Shown here: piece after piece, positions 49,091 through 59,081 of the stretch
Layout of the letters: each line of letters begins with the position of its first letter
Numbering within the stretch: the first letter of the stretch is position 1
NCBI GenBank assembly: GCA_963704645.1
Contig: OY969926.1
Span: 960,001-1,024,000, forward strand
Source of the DNA: an uncultured bacterium
GTDB lineage: Bacteria; Patescibacteriota; JACMRA01
DNA: 64,000 nt
Direction of reading: 5' to 3'
The notes under the pieces: generated by a model
What the model saw: only the letters and a program-made list of their open reading frames with translations
Told to the model about the DNA's origin: nothing
Databases searched by the model: none
Program-made: the position numbers and the translations under genes

Positions 49091-50974
49091 ATGAACCTTC
49101 TAGAATTAAAATCTTTACTAGACCAATACTTGCCAACCTGGAAATGGACACTTCCGCCAGACCCAAAACTTGGTGTTTTATCTTCGCCTAAAGCTTTTGA
49201 GGATGGAAAAATTCAGAAAACTAATCCTAACATTGTAGCTATAGAATTATTGGAAACACTCAAACAAGTAATTTCAGAAAACAATTTACCAATTACAGCT
49301 GAAGTTACAGGGCCATATTTAAACGTTCAAGCAAACGATAGTTTTTTGGATAACCTAATAAGTAATTTAGAGACGAATTTCACTATTCCCCAAAATATGA
49401 AGAAGGTTTTGCTAGAATATGTTAGCCCAAATATTGCCAAGCCTTTACATGCAGGGCATTTGGTTAACGCCGTAATTGGGGAAACTTTAAAACAGACGCT
49501 AGCTTTAAAATACAGGAATTTGGAGTCTGAAATTTACTGGGGAGATTGGGGAATTCAGTTTGGAATTATTTTGTGGGCTTGGAAAAAAATTGGAAATGAA
49601 ACTGTTGAATTAGAATTAAATGGAGAGATTGTTAAACTAACGTTGGAAGATTACGCACAAAACCCAATTGAGACCTTGGTTAAAGTTTACGTTTGGGGAA
49701 ATCAACAAAAATACACCGTAGAAGGCTTTGACGAACAAATTAGGACACAAGTATTAAACTTAGAAAATAAAGACCCAGAATTGCTTAATTTGTGGCAGAT
49801 GTTCAGCCAAGATTCCAAAAAAGTAATTAGTAAGTCTTTAAAGCAGCTGGGGGTTTCAAATTTTAATCACCAGTTTGGAGAAAGCTATTATCAAAACAGA
49901 ATGATGGAATTAACAAAATTTATGGATAAACATAATTTGTGGGAAGTTGAAGGCAAAGGCAGGTTTATAGATTTAGATAAGTTAAGCCAGTCTTGGGAAG
50001 AGGATAACAATATAATTTTGAGTACAGCTAATGAAGACAACAACTTGGAGACTTTGGATACTGGCGAAATTCCCTTTAATAAAATTTCTACCTATGGACG
50101 TTGCTACTTAATTCAAAGCAAAGACGGTTACACAACCTACCCCTTCCGTGACATTGCTGCCCGTTGGCATTGGGCTGAAGATTTACAAGCAGATTTAATG
50201 ATAACCCTAACCGATCACACCCAAACCCACAATTTCCATCAGGCTTTTAGTATTATTAGCTACTTAGCAAGTAAAAAAGAATTTTTAGAAATAAGTAATG
50301 ACCAAACTGTTAATAAGTTAAATTATAATAATTTGGTTCACATTCCCTACGGTTTTTTAAAACTTCCAGAAGGTAAAATGAGCACTAGAAAAGGAAATTT
50401 TGTTACTGCTGAGGATATTTTAGAACAAATTCAAACCCAAGCAATATCAAATTTGCAAGAACGATATCCAGATTTAGACGAAGAAGAGTTGCAAGAACGT
50501 AGTTTAAAACTTAGCCTGGCCGCAATAAAATGGACAGTTTTAAGTAAAGACATAATTAAAGACACAGTACTGAATATTCCACAAATTCTTACTTTTGAAG
50601 GAAATACAGGTGTTTACCAACTATACACTTTCGCCCGTTTAAATAGTATTTTAACTAAGAACAGCCACACTCTCAATTCGAGTATAAACTTTACGATTGA
50701 AGATTTGAATGATCAGGAAAAGTTAATTTTAAATCAATTAAACCAGCTTCCAATTGTTTTAGAAGAAATTTGCTTAACCTACAAACCTCATACTTTAAGC
50801 ACATATTTGTTTAATTTAAGTACGTTAATAAACAACTGGTACGGTAAAGTTTCGGTTTCTAACGAAGAAGATAAAGCAAGACAGCAATCATTGTTATTCT
50901 TCTGTCAGTATTTAGCCAAGCACCTTCAAAAAACGCTAGGCTTAATGGGTATAGAAACCCTAGAAGTATTGTAA
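49091..50974 (+). CDS. argS: Arginine--tRNA ligase
   Basis: EYVSPNIAKPLHAGH, GDWGIQFG, KMSTRKGN, FEGNTGVYQLYTFAR. Confidence 0.94.
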   Translation: MNLLELKSLLDQYLPTWKWTLPPDPKLGVLSSPKAFEDGKIQKTNPNIVAIELLETLKQVISENNLPITAEVTGPYLNVQANDSFLDNLISNLETNFTIPQNMKKVLLEYVSPNIAKPLHAGHLVNAVIGETLKQTLALKYRNLESEIYWGDWGIQFGIILWAWKKIGNETVELELNGEIVKLTLEDYAQNPIETLVKVYVWGNQQKYTVEGFDEQIRTQVLNLENKDPELLNLWQMFSQDSKKVISKSLKQLGVSNFNHQFGESYYQNRMMELTKFMDKHNLWEVEGKGRFIDLDKLSQSWEEDNNIILSTANEDNNLETLDTGEIPFNKISTYGRCYLIQSKDGYTTYPFRDIAARWHWAEDLQADLMITLTDHTQTHNFHQAFSIISYLASKKEFLEISNDQTVNKLNYNNLVHIPYGFLKLPEGKMSTRKGNFVTAEDILEQIQTQAISNLQERYPDLDEEELQERSLKLSLAAIKWTVLSKDIIKDTVLNIPQILTFEGNTGVYQLYTFARLNSILTKNSHTLNSSINFTIEDLNDQEKLILNQLNQLPIVLEEICLTYKPHTLSTYLFNLSTLINNWYGKVSVSNEEDKARQQSLLFFCQYLAKHLQKTLGLMGIETLEVL

Positions 50975-51000
50975 TATAAAAACTGCTTTTACCAAAACAA

Positions 51001-51026
51001 AAAAAATCCCCAAAAGGGGAAATTTG
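51001..51026. terminator. Bidirectional terminator
   Basis: A-run, TCCCC-AAAA-GGGGA between convergent genes. Confidence 0.55.
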
Positions 51027-51057
51027 AAACTCTAAGATATTGTTATGATGAAGTTTT

Positions 51058-52275
51058 TTACATTTCGTAAACTGAAAATCCGTCGTAAGTTCTAATGAAT
51101 CCATCGGTGGATGTAGCACGAGGGCCGTTTACATCTGGGTTAACCCAACCTACCCACTTTGTGTACTTATCATCAATGCTTCCGTAGAAAGTATATACTG
51201 AAAGTACTTTAGTTCCAGCAGCAGAGTTTGTATCACCAGCTAAATCTTGTCCGTATGTTTTTTGGTAGAAAGTGTTGCATGTTGCAGCGTCTACTCCAAA
51301 ATAATCGGCACATTGAGCAGCTGTAGGATATGTGAATTCATATACGAATTGGTAAACAGACAAGTTCTGTTCTTCTACTGCAGTTTTACCACCTCTGGCA
51401 CAAGCTGCACTTGGGTTGGCAGGATCTTTACCGTAGTTAGAAGGGTTAAATGCTGTTCCAGCTCTAGTTTCACGAACAGTGATGTTTCCACCAGAAATAG
51501 AACACCATCCACCTTGATATTCACGGGAACACTTACTGGAATCGAAAACGTTGTTGGTTAAACAAGCAGATAAGTTTTGGGCGACTCTAGTACATTTTGC
51601 ATAGTCGTAGCCACCATTAGTTAAACAGGTACTTAAAGGAACAATTTGTTGTGTTGCAACAGACTTGTTTTGGAAGTAATTATAAGTATCAGGACCTGTA
51701 GAGAAAATTCTTGGCATGTTACTTGTAGAAGCAGAACCTCCAGAAGTAGAGAACAATTCAGAGAATTGGCCCTGTGTGAATACAGAAGATAAACCTGTTC
51801 TTACTGCTCTGTTGGTTGCAGTTTTAGAACCTGCTACGGCACCAGCATTAGTAAAAGTATTAACCATTTGAGCTGGGTAAGTTTTAGCACCTACAGTTGT
51901 TGGGTAAATTCCTAAAACTGGATCTGAAGCAAAAGCAGTTTTTACAGATGCAGCACCAACGTTAAATTGTGAATACTGTGTAACTTTTAAGTCACCTGAA
52001 TCTAATGCTCCGTTGCTATTTTCATCAACTGCAGCAGAAAACTGAGTTAAACAACCTTGGTCAATGTATGGGTTAGAATTTGTTCTACCTGCACGTTGGT
52101 CGGCAATATAAGTTGTCCAATCAAATGTAGCGCGGCAAGCTGTAATATCAATTCCAAATTTTGCGGAAGAAGACGGAAGCGCTGTTGCTGCGGAAGCATT
52201 TATTGGGGATATAGCTAGAATACCTAAGCTGAATACAGAGAAGATTTGTAGCATTGTGGAAGTTAATTTATTCAT
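51058..52275 (-). CDS. Secreted Cys-rich hypothetical protein
   Basis: Signal peptide (..INASA); multiple Cys; short internal repeat LSxCLTNxxxDxxKC. Confidence 0.75.
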   Translation of the reverse strand: MNKLTSTMLQIFSVFSLGILAISPINASAATALPSSSAKFGIDITACRATFDWTTYIADQRAGRTNSNPYIDQGCLTQFSAAVDENSNGALDSGDLKVTQYSQFNVGAASVKTAFASDPVLGIYPTTVGAKTYPAQMVNTFTNAGAVAGSKTATNRAVRTGLSSVFTQGQFSELFSTSGGSASTSNMPRIFSTGPDTYNYFQNKSVATQQIVPLSTCLTNGGYDYAKCTRVAQNLSACLTNNVFDSSKCSREYQGGWCSISGGNITVRETRAGTAFNPSNYGKDPANPSAACARGGKTAVEEQNLSVYQFVYEFTYPTAAQCADYFGVDAATCNTFYQKTYGQDLAGDTNSAAGTKVLSVYTFYGSIDDKYTKWVGWVNPDVNGPRATSTDGFIRTYDGFSVYEM

Positions 52276-52334
52276 ATTTATGATTAATTATAATTGTATT
52301 ATTTCATGTTTTTTTAGTTTGGTCAACTAGGCTT

Positions 52335-55300
52335 TTACAGTGGTTTAAGTACTTCAACTGCTCCAGTTGTAATTTCCCCAGTCAGCTCGCCAGCTGCTTG
52401 GTCTATAACTGTACTTGTACCACCTCCTGTTACGGTCTGGGTTACGGTATCAGCAGAAATAGAACCTGGGTCACCAATTTGTATATTATTAGAATTGCTA
52501 GCGCCTAGATTATTTAGATTATTTGCACCAGCAGTTGCATCTGGGGCAACACTAGTTACGTTATTATTGGCAGCACTAGCATCAACCTGAACATTACCAC
52601 CTGCAGTTGAGGAAGCATCAGGTTTTACAATATTTGTATTTGTAGTTCCGCCATTATTAATTTCTAAGTGTTTTGTAGTTGGGGCAGTAGCATTTGGATC
52701 AGGCTTGTTAATAGCACCATTGGTACCAGATTGAGGATCTGTTGACTTTCCAGGAGCGGTTGATGAAACAGAGTCCTTTTCAACTTTAGCTTCAGCTGTC
52801 ATCTGATCGTCTTTTGGTTCTTCTTTTTTAGGCTGCTCGGGCTCTTGAGGTTTTGGTTTAACTACTACGGCAGCTGTTAATTCTTCATTACCTGTATCAA
52901 CATTTCTTTGAACATTAACATCTGTTTCTGTTTTTCTACTTGTGCTAATTTCACCTGAAGTAGTTAAAGGAATGTTTTGTCCAAAAATAGCATCTATGTT
53001 TGTACATTTAACTTTTTCACCAATTAAAGGAGCTGGCGGTTCCGCTCTTCTTCCAGCATTATATTCTTCTAATTCTGATTTGTATTTTGCTACGTCTTGG
53101 GGATTGGCTCTAACTTCTGTTGTGGTATCTTGATTAGACATTACACTATCTCTATTTCCACCTCTGTATTCACCACTTGAGGCTAAGAAGCCGTTTGGGC
53201 CTAAGCCCATGGCCTGGGCAAGTGATGCGGCGGTGTAACTTGAAGTTAACCTTGCAGATACTTGGTTTCTGTTAGCCTGTGCTTCAACTAACATTTTTCT
53301 AGCTTTGGCCATATTATTATCATAGTTTTCAGCTTCGTTACCAAGATATTGCCTGAATTCTTCAGCTTCTTTAGTACTTAAAGTACTTCCCCCAAGCTCA
53401 ACCGATGCTGTTGGGTTATTTTCAAAAACTTGAACATTAGGATTGCTTGAAGCGTTCTCAGCTTTTTTACCAGTTACTTCTATTGCAGACTGTCTGGCCA
53501 TTTTTGAGAATTTGTTAAGCTCATCAATGTTATTGAATGTTAGTCTGAAGCCATTTCTACCTTCAACATACCACTTTCCAGTTGCTGCATCTGGTTTAGC
53601 ACCTAAAGCCAAAGTTAAAGATTCTTCTGGTGTTCGCTTTTCTGAAATAAATTTAGCATAAGCTTTTGCAAATTCAGGATCTGTGAATTTAATTGCCAAG
53701 GCAGTAACTGTTTCAGCGTTGGCTAAATCTTGCTGTGGCAAGTTATACATGCTTTGTGAATCAGTAATTGTTTGTTCTCTGCTATAAGCAAAAGATATAG
53801 GTAAAAACTGACTTAACACAGACACGGCCAATTTATTTACAAGTGGACCTGTACGAACCCCATCAATTCCTATTCCCATAATATTTGAATAAGCTTTGGT
53901 AGCGACGTTTTTTACTTGCGGGTTCTCTTCATTTGCTTTAAAGAAGTTTTCTGAAGCAGCTTTTGGCAGTATATTTAAATTATACAAATCGAAGTGAGCT
54001 TTTGCTCTGTAGCCTAAACCATCAAGACCAATAGTTGGTTGGTAAGTATCGCTTTTAGAAATTTCTGCTGGTTTCTCACCCATTGCTAATTGTACTACTG
54101 AAATATTGCGCAATGTGTTTGAAATATCTTCTTTTGGAAGAGGACTCCAACCTTGAGGCAATCTACCTTTGCTACCTCGTCTGATATAATCTTCTGCAGC
54201 TTCTACGGCACTAATTGTTTCAGACAAAGTATTGTTTGGGTTACGAACAGCCAACAAAAGCTGAGCTGGAACTGCTACATCGGATCTCTGTAAAACGGAT
54301 ATATTGCTTTCGAAGGCTTTTAGTACATTTTGTTGTACGTTAGCTTCTAGTACTTTTGTTCCGCTAAAGTTAAGACCTGATGCCAGTTTAAACAAATCTT
54401 CATTAGTAATTACATCTTGTTTTAAAATGCCTGGGCTTCTTTGCTCAAACAACCTATTTAAAGTCCATTTAGTCCTTTCCTCATTCCCTGTAGTGTCACT
54501 GGTTAGCTTGGCAATACCATCAGGCCCTAAATATTTACCGTTATATTCTTTAATTCCATTTAAAAATGCTATTTTTTGTTCAGGAGTGGCACTCATTAAA
54601 AATTTAAGCGCAGGACCCAAGATATTGTTATCTCTTGTTTCTGAACTTACGTTATTCGGGTTAATTAAGTCTCCAGCTGCATTAGTTACAACATTAAACA
54701 AACCTCTTGTATCATAAATTGCGGCAAACAAATTTACACTTGTTCCATCTTTGGCTTTAATATTTAAAACTTCTTTAGACGCCGGCTTTGTAGTATCTAT
54801 TGCACCAATTGCATTGGCAACTTCAGGTTTTACAGCAGCTACGCTTCTAAGCAAGTCGGATAGTTTTACTGGTTGTCCACTGTTTAGCTGCTCCATTATT
54901 TTTGGAAACTGTGCTACATCAATTACAGTACTAATGCCATTACCCATATTCAAACTAATTTTACTTAATGGTTTAAAGTCTATTCCTTGCCTTGCAGTAA
55001 TTACACCATTTTCTACTTTTACACCACTGTTTGAAGTTGTGTCTTGGCCGTTATTTGGAAGAGCAATAGTTGGGTCACCACTGGCTGTTGTTACAGAGCT
55101 AACAGTAATTGTTTGAACCAAATTATTCCAACTTCTTTGAGCGTTTACCATTAACCCATTAGGTATAGGCAAAACCATAAAACTTCCCTTTTCATCTTTT
55201 GAAACATTAACTGCTGCATTGGCATTAGAATAAACTCCGTTTAATGCATCTTTTGCTGAACTAGGATTTTGTGTAAATCCTTCATACACAGCTTCTACTT

Positions 55301-58300
55301 TAGCCCCACTACTTAAAGTAAGTCCTTTTAATTCTTCTGGTATTGGCAATTTGTTTTCGGCTAAGTAAGCAAGTCTTTGTACTGTTCCTCTAGATTGCAA
55401 ATCTCCAAGATTAGACTGACTAACAACTTGCTCTATGCTTCGTCTACTTATTCCACTATTATATTCGCCATTACCTAAAGTGGCAGCTAAATCGGAGTTG
55501 TTATAGATATTAAAATTATTGCCAGCATTATTTACATTAATTCTTAACCCCGGGGCTGAATTAGACACCGCACTGTTTTGCTCTAAAGGCTTAGCCTGTG
55601 CAGTTGTAGTTGTTGATTCAACCGCAGGCAAACCGGCACCCTGTCTTAATCTGTCTAAAGCAGATGAAGGTGAAGGATTGGAACTATTAATTTTATTTGG
55701 ATCAATACTAGTAGGCTTATCTCCAATTGCAACACTACCATTCAATAGGCTGTTGGCTATGGAACTATTGGCAAAAGTTGAAGTTGTAGAAGAATTTGTA
55801 GGTGCAGTTGTTTGAGCTTTTGGAGTGTTTTGAGATGTTGCAACTGTAGATTCAGGTTTAGCTGATGCAGTATTGTCTTTAATTTGTAGACCGCTATTTT
55901 TAGCTGCTGCAAAATCTGCTGGTGTCATACTTGCAAACGCTTCAGAAATTTGCTTTGCATTAATGTTTCCATCTCTTCCTTTACCTTCTATAATTATAGG
56001 AACATTTGTTGGCTTTCCATCTACAACAAGCCATCCTGTCCTTACATTTTCAACAATTTTACCTTCAGAATCTCTAATTACTGGGAAAGAGCCGCCTGCG
56101 GAAGATCTAGCTTCTGCAATTGTGTAACCCTGTTTTTTAAGATTTTCCACATCAATTCTTAGTGCTGAAGTTCCTTCTGTAGTACCCAAATATGTTGGTT
56201 TTAAATCAACCTCTTTTCCGTTAGAAATAAATTTGTAATCAACAACCTCTCCTGATTTTCTTCCGCTAAAGTCCATCGCCCCACCTTTAGCCACATTTGC
56301 ACCAGTTTGAGCAATAAGTCCATCTACATTAGAACTTTTAGCTGGTTGAGAGGTGATTTCTGCTGCAACACCTGCTTCTCCTGAAGTAAAAGTATGAACA
56401 ACAGATTTTTTCACAGAATTTAAGTAATCTAAATAGCTACCACCTGCTCTAACAGCAAGATCGCCTATTCTTCCTGGGGCGCCTTTTATGCCTTCAATAG
56501 TAGCATTATAGCCCTTTGAAATATTGTTTCCAAATAAATTATCAACAGATTGTAAACCCGAATTAACTGTTCTCGAAACTGCACCACCAGTAACACGATC
56601 ACCAAAGTTAACAAATGTATCGGCTGTGCCTTTAATAACAGACAATGGATTAGCCCTATTTGCATACATTATAGCTGCATTTTCAAAGTTTTCCTTAGCA
56701 CTTAGACCTTCTTTGTCTATACTTAAATTTCTTGTAAATCCTGTTTCCAATGAACTTTCAGTAAATTGACCAGTTTGACCTCCAAAGGCCATTGCACCAC
56801 CAGTAACTGCCGCCAAGCTAACTGCACCTCCAACGATTGCTGGCCTCATAGCAACAAAACTTACTGCTTGGTCACGTAATTGCTTTAAAAGAACTTTAGC
56901 CACTTTGCCCGCTACAACCAAGCCGTTATCTGGTATTTCGGTCATTATTTTTCTTGTCATTTCAGCCAACGCTACAGTTTCAGGGAGAGAGGTTACTTGG
57001 AAACTTTCCAAATCTTTATACAGCTGCATTGCACCTTCACTTCTTTCTTCAGCTGAAAAGAAACTAGCAAATTCTTTCTTTAGCTTCTCATCCTGAGCAA
57101 TATTATCACTTAATCCACCTTCATCAACTACTCCTCCTGTTAACGAGGCTACTTTACCCAACGCAGTGAATTCCGCTCCGACTTTTTTAAGGAAGCCAAC
57201 AATGCCTTTACCTGTCATTATTCCAGCAATTTTTTCGTTATTCTTAAGTTCTAAGTCTACAACTTCTAAATATTTTTGGTAGCTTTGTTTACCCAATACT
57301 CTTTCATAAATTTGAGTGTATTCCTCTTCAGTAATTTTTTCTTCATTTAAAGACTCTGCAAGTGCTGCCGCTACTTCTTGAAATTCTGGAGTTGTTTCAA
57401 CCTGCTTTTTAATAATTTGCATTCTGTTGTTTTCGCCCAGTTGGCCACCGTATGTTTGAGTTACCAGTTCTACAGCAGTACCTATAGAACCAGTACCAAA
57501 TTGAACAGCTATTTTTTCTATGTTTAAACCTTCCCTTACACCTGCAACTCTACCTTTAATTTGATCTCTAATAGCAACTGACCTGCTGAGTACACTTTGT
57601 TCTAAAGCGTCACCAGCCCCATCAATTTTAGCTTGTTCTAGCCTAGCTTGTAAAATTTGCTCAGCAATTTGACTAATTGCGTAGGTCAAAGTTTCATTCG
57701 GTTGATTTTTGATTGCAAGAAGCACATCGCCAGATGATTTGTTAAAATACGAACTTAAAAATGCAGCTACTTTAGCAGCTTCGCCTTTTAAATACCCAGT
57801 CTTTAGTTCTTTTTCAAACATTTCAACAGTTACTTCACCAGCCAAGATAATATCTTGAATCTTCTTCAGTAATTTAATTTCAATTTGCTCTTTGGTTTTA
57901 AAAACCTTATCATTATTAAAAATTTCTTCGGTTAAATTTACGGCTGCTTCAATATTGTTTGTACCAGCGTGGTCATCTACTGTTTTTGCAATTTTAGATA
58001 CTGCCCTATCAACAATTGAGTTTTCATCAGCAGAATTTATTACTGCTTGTGCGGCTTGGTTTATACCATTACTAGCCATGCTCGCCAAGTTCATATAGCT
58101 TGCTTCAACAGCTTTAGGTAAACCAGCTACCCATCCAACAGATTTTTCCAGAATATTCTTTGGCCTGGCTCCATCTTGAACTTTTTTATTTTCAATGGCC
58201 TGCTTGGCAGAATTAGCACTAGCTTCATTAGTAATTTTACGTAAAGCAACAGTAAGTGTTGTTCTTGGTGAAATTTTAAGTTGATTAAGCTCTTTTTTGC

Positions 58301-58484
58301 CTGCAGAATCTGCTTCTAGCTTCCCGTTATCACCCCAATATGAATTATTTAGACTAGCAAGCGTTCCCTTATCAAGACTATTTTCTTGAAGGTTAAACAT
58401 TTTTTCTAAAGATTCTTGACTAGCTAGAACCTCTCTCTCAATACCACTGGTTTTCATTCTTTCTGGGCTTTGTATTTCTGACAT
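52335..58484 (-). CDS. Giant hypothetical protein (2,049 aa) with helical N-terminus and central hydrophobic segment
   Basis: Uninterrupted ORF; no recognisable domain. Confidence 0.8.
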   Translation of the reverse strand: MSEIQSPERMKTSGIEREVLASQESLEKMFNLQENSLDKGTLASLNNSYWGDNGKLEADSAGKKELNQLKISPRTTLTVALRKITNEASANSAKQAIENKKVQDGARPKNILEKSVGWVAGLPKAVEASYMNLASMASNGINQAAQAVINSADENSIVDRAVSKIAKTVDDHAGTNNIEAAVNLTEEIFNNDKVFKTKEQIEIKLLKKIQDIILAGEVTVEMFEKELKTGYLKGEAAKVAAFLSSYFNKSSGDVLLAIKNQPNETLTYAISQIAEQILQARLEQAKIDGAGDALEQSVLSRSVAIRDQIKGRVAGVREGLNIEKIAVQFGTGSIGTAVELVTQTYGGQLGENNRMQIIKKQVETTPEFQEVAAALAESLNEEKITEEEYTQIYERVLGKQSYQKYLEVVDLELKNNEKIAGIMTGKGIVGFLKKVGAEFTALGKVASLTGGVVDEGGLSDNIAQDEKLKKEFASFFSAEERSEGAMQLYKDLESFQVTSLPETVALAEMTRKIMTEIPDNGLVVAGKVAKVLLKQLRDQAVSFVAMRPAIVGGAVSLAAVTGGAMAFGGQTGQFTESSLETGFTRNLSIDKEGLSAKENFENAAIMYANRANPLSVIKGTADTFVNFGDRVTGGAVSRTVNSGLQSVDNLFGNNISKGYNATIEGIKGAPGRIGDLAVRAGGSYLDYLNSVKKSVVHTFTSGEAGVAAEITSQPAKSSNVDGLIAQTGANVAKGGAMDFSGRKSGEVVDYKFISNGKEVDLKPTYLGTTEGTSALRIDVENLKKQGYTIAEARSSAGGSFPVIRDSEGKIVENVRTGWLVVDGKPTNVPIIIEGKGRDGNINAKQISEAFASMTPADFAAAKNSGLQIKDNTASAKPESTVATSQNTPKAQTTAPTNSSTTSTFANSSIANSLLNGSVAIGDKPTSIDPNKINSSNPSPSSALDRLRQGAGLPAVESTTTTAQAKPLEQNSAVSNSAPGLRINVNNAGNNFNIYNNSDLAATLGNGEYNSGISRRSIEQVVSQSNLGDLQSRGTVQRLAYLAENKLPIPEELKGLTLSSGAKVEAVYEGFTQNPSSAKDALNGVYSNANAAVNVSKDEKGSFMVLPIPNGLMVNAQRSWNNLVQTITVSSVTTASGDPTIALPNNGQDTTSNSGVKVENGVITARQGIDFKPLSKISLNMGNGISTVIDVAQFPKIMEQLNSGQPVKLSDLLRSVAAVKPEVANAIGAIDTTKPASKEVLNIKAKDGTSVNLFAAIYDTRGLFNVVTNAAGDLINPNNVSSETRDNNILGPALKFLMSATPEQKIAFLNGIKEYNGKYLGPDGIAKLTSDTTGNEERTKWTLNRLFEQRSPGILKQDVITNEDLFKLASGLNFSGTKVLEANVQQNVLKAFESNISVLQRSDVAVPAQLLLAVRNPNNTLSETISAVEAAEDYIRRGSKGRLPQGWSPLPKEDISNTLRNISVVQLAMGEKPAEISKSDTYQPTIGLDGLGYRAKAHFDLYNLNILPKAASENFFKANEENPQVKNVATKAYSNIMGIGIDGVRTGPLVNKLAVSVLSQFLPISFAYSREQTITDSQSMYNLPQQDLANAETVTALAIKFTDPEFAKAYAKFISEKRTPEESLTLALGAKPDAATGKWYVEGRNGFRLTFNNIDELNKFSKMARQSAIEVTGKKAENASSNPNVQVFENNPTASVELGGSTLSTKEAEEFRQYLGNEAENYDNNMAKARKMLVEAQANRNQVSARLTSSYTAASLAQAMGLGPNGFLASSGEYRGGNRDSVMSNQDTTTEVRANPQDVAKYKSELEEYNAGRRAEPPAPLIGEKVKCTNIDAIFGQNIPLTTSGEISTSRKTETDVNVQRNVDTGNEELTAAVVVKPKPQEPEQPKKEEPKDDQMTAEAKVEKDSVSSTAPGKSTDPQSGTNGAINKPDPNATAPTTKHLEINNGGTTNTNIVKPDASSTAGGNVQVDASAANNNVTSVAPDATAGANNLNNLGASNSNNIQIGDPGSISADTVTQTVTGGGTSTVIDQAAGELTGEITTGAVEVLKPL

Positions 58485-58488
58485 ATAA

Positions 58489-58983
58489 TTAATTATTTAA
58501 ATAAACTGAGTAAATTGATAAAATTCTTTCGCTTGGCACCATTTTGTATTGTAAACAGTATAAAATATAGGTAGCAATGGTGTAAACTACTAATTTATAG
58601 GCAAATTCTGGAAAACCCTGCACGTAAACCCCAACTTTTAAAATTATTTCTTCAAAACTTTCACTTTCGGTTAGTTCGCCAACTAAATAACGGTCGAAAT
58701 TAGATTGATCTTCAGATGCAAGCACCAAAGCTTGGTTAAAAATTTGAACAGCTAATTTAGATTTAAAAACTTCTAATTCATTTTCAGTTTTAGCTGCAAT
58801 TTCAGAGCTATTTTGCAATGTTTGAGTGTACAAACTTTCTACAATTAAACCCAAAATATCAGGCATTCCATCTTCCTCTTCAGATGGTTTAGATTTTAAG
58901 TTGGTAGCAGATCCAAGTGGTGGCAGACCTTTATTCTCAAGATATTGTTGCAACCTTAGTTTATCTTGTTCTGAAATTGGCAT
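58489..58983 (-). CDS. Acidic helical hypothetical protein, ending 4 nt before the giant ORF
   Basis: 164 aa; TTGCCA-17-TATAAT promoter upstream. Confidence 0.7.
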   Translation of the reverse strand: MPISEQDKLRLQQYLENKGLPPLGSATNLKSKPSEEEDGMPDILGLIVESLYTQTLQNSSEIAAKTENELEVFKSKLAVQIFNQALVLASEDQSNFDRYLVGELTESESFEEIILKVGVYVQGFPEFAYKLVVYTIATYILYCLQYKMVPSERILSIYSVYLNN

Positions 58984-59026
58984 AATTTATTTAAAGTGAT
59001 ATAGGCAGAATTTCCCTATTTATTTA

Positions 59027-59055
59027 ATTATACCATACAAAAAAGGAGATGGCAA
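59027..59055 (-). promoter_or_regulatory. Sigma70 promoter TTGCCA-17-TATAAT (extended -10 TG); its -35 lies in a REP-like hairpin
   Basis: Minus strand GGGAGATGC-TTGCCA-TCTCCTTTTTTGTATGG-TATAAT. Confidence 0.6.
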
Positions 59056-59081
59056 GCATCTCCCATATGGTGTTTGTTAGG

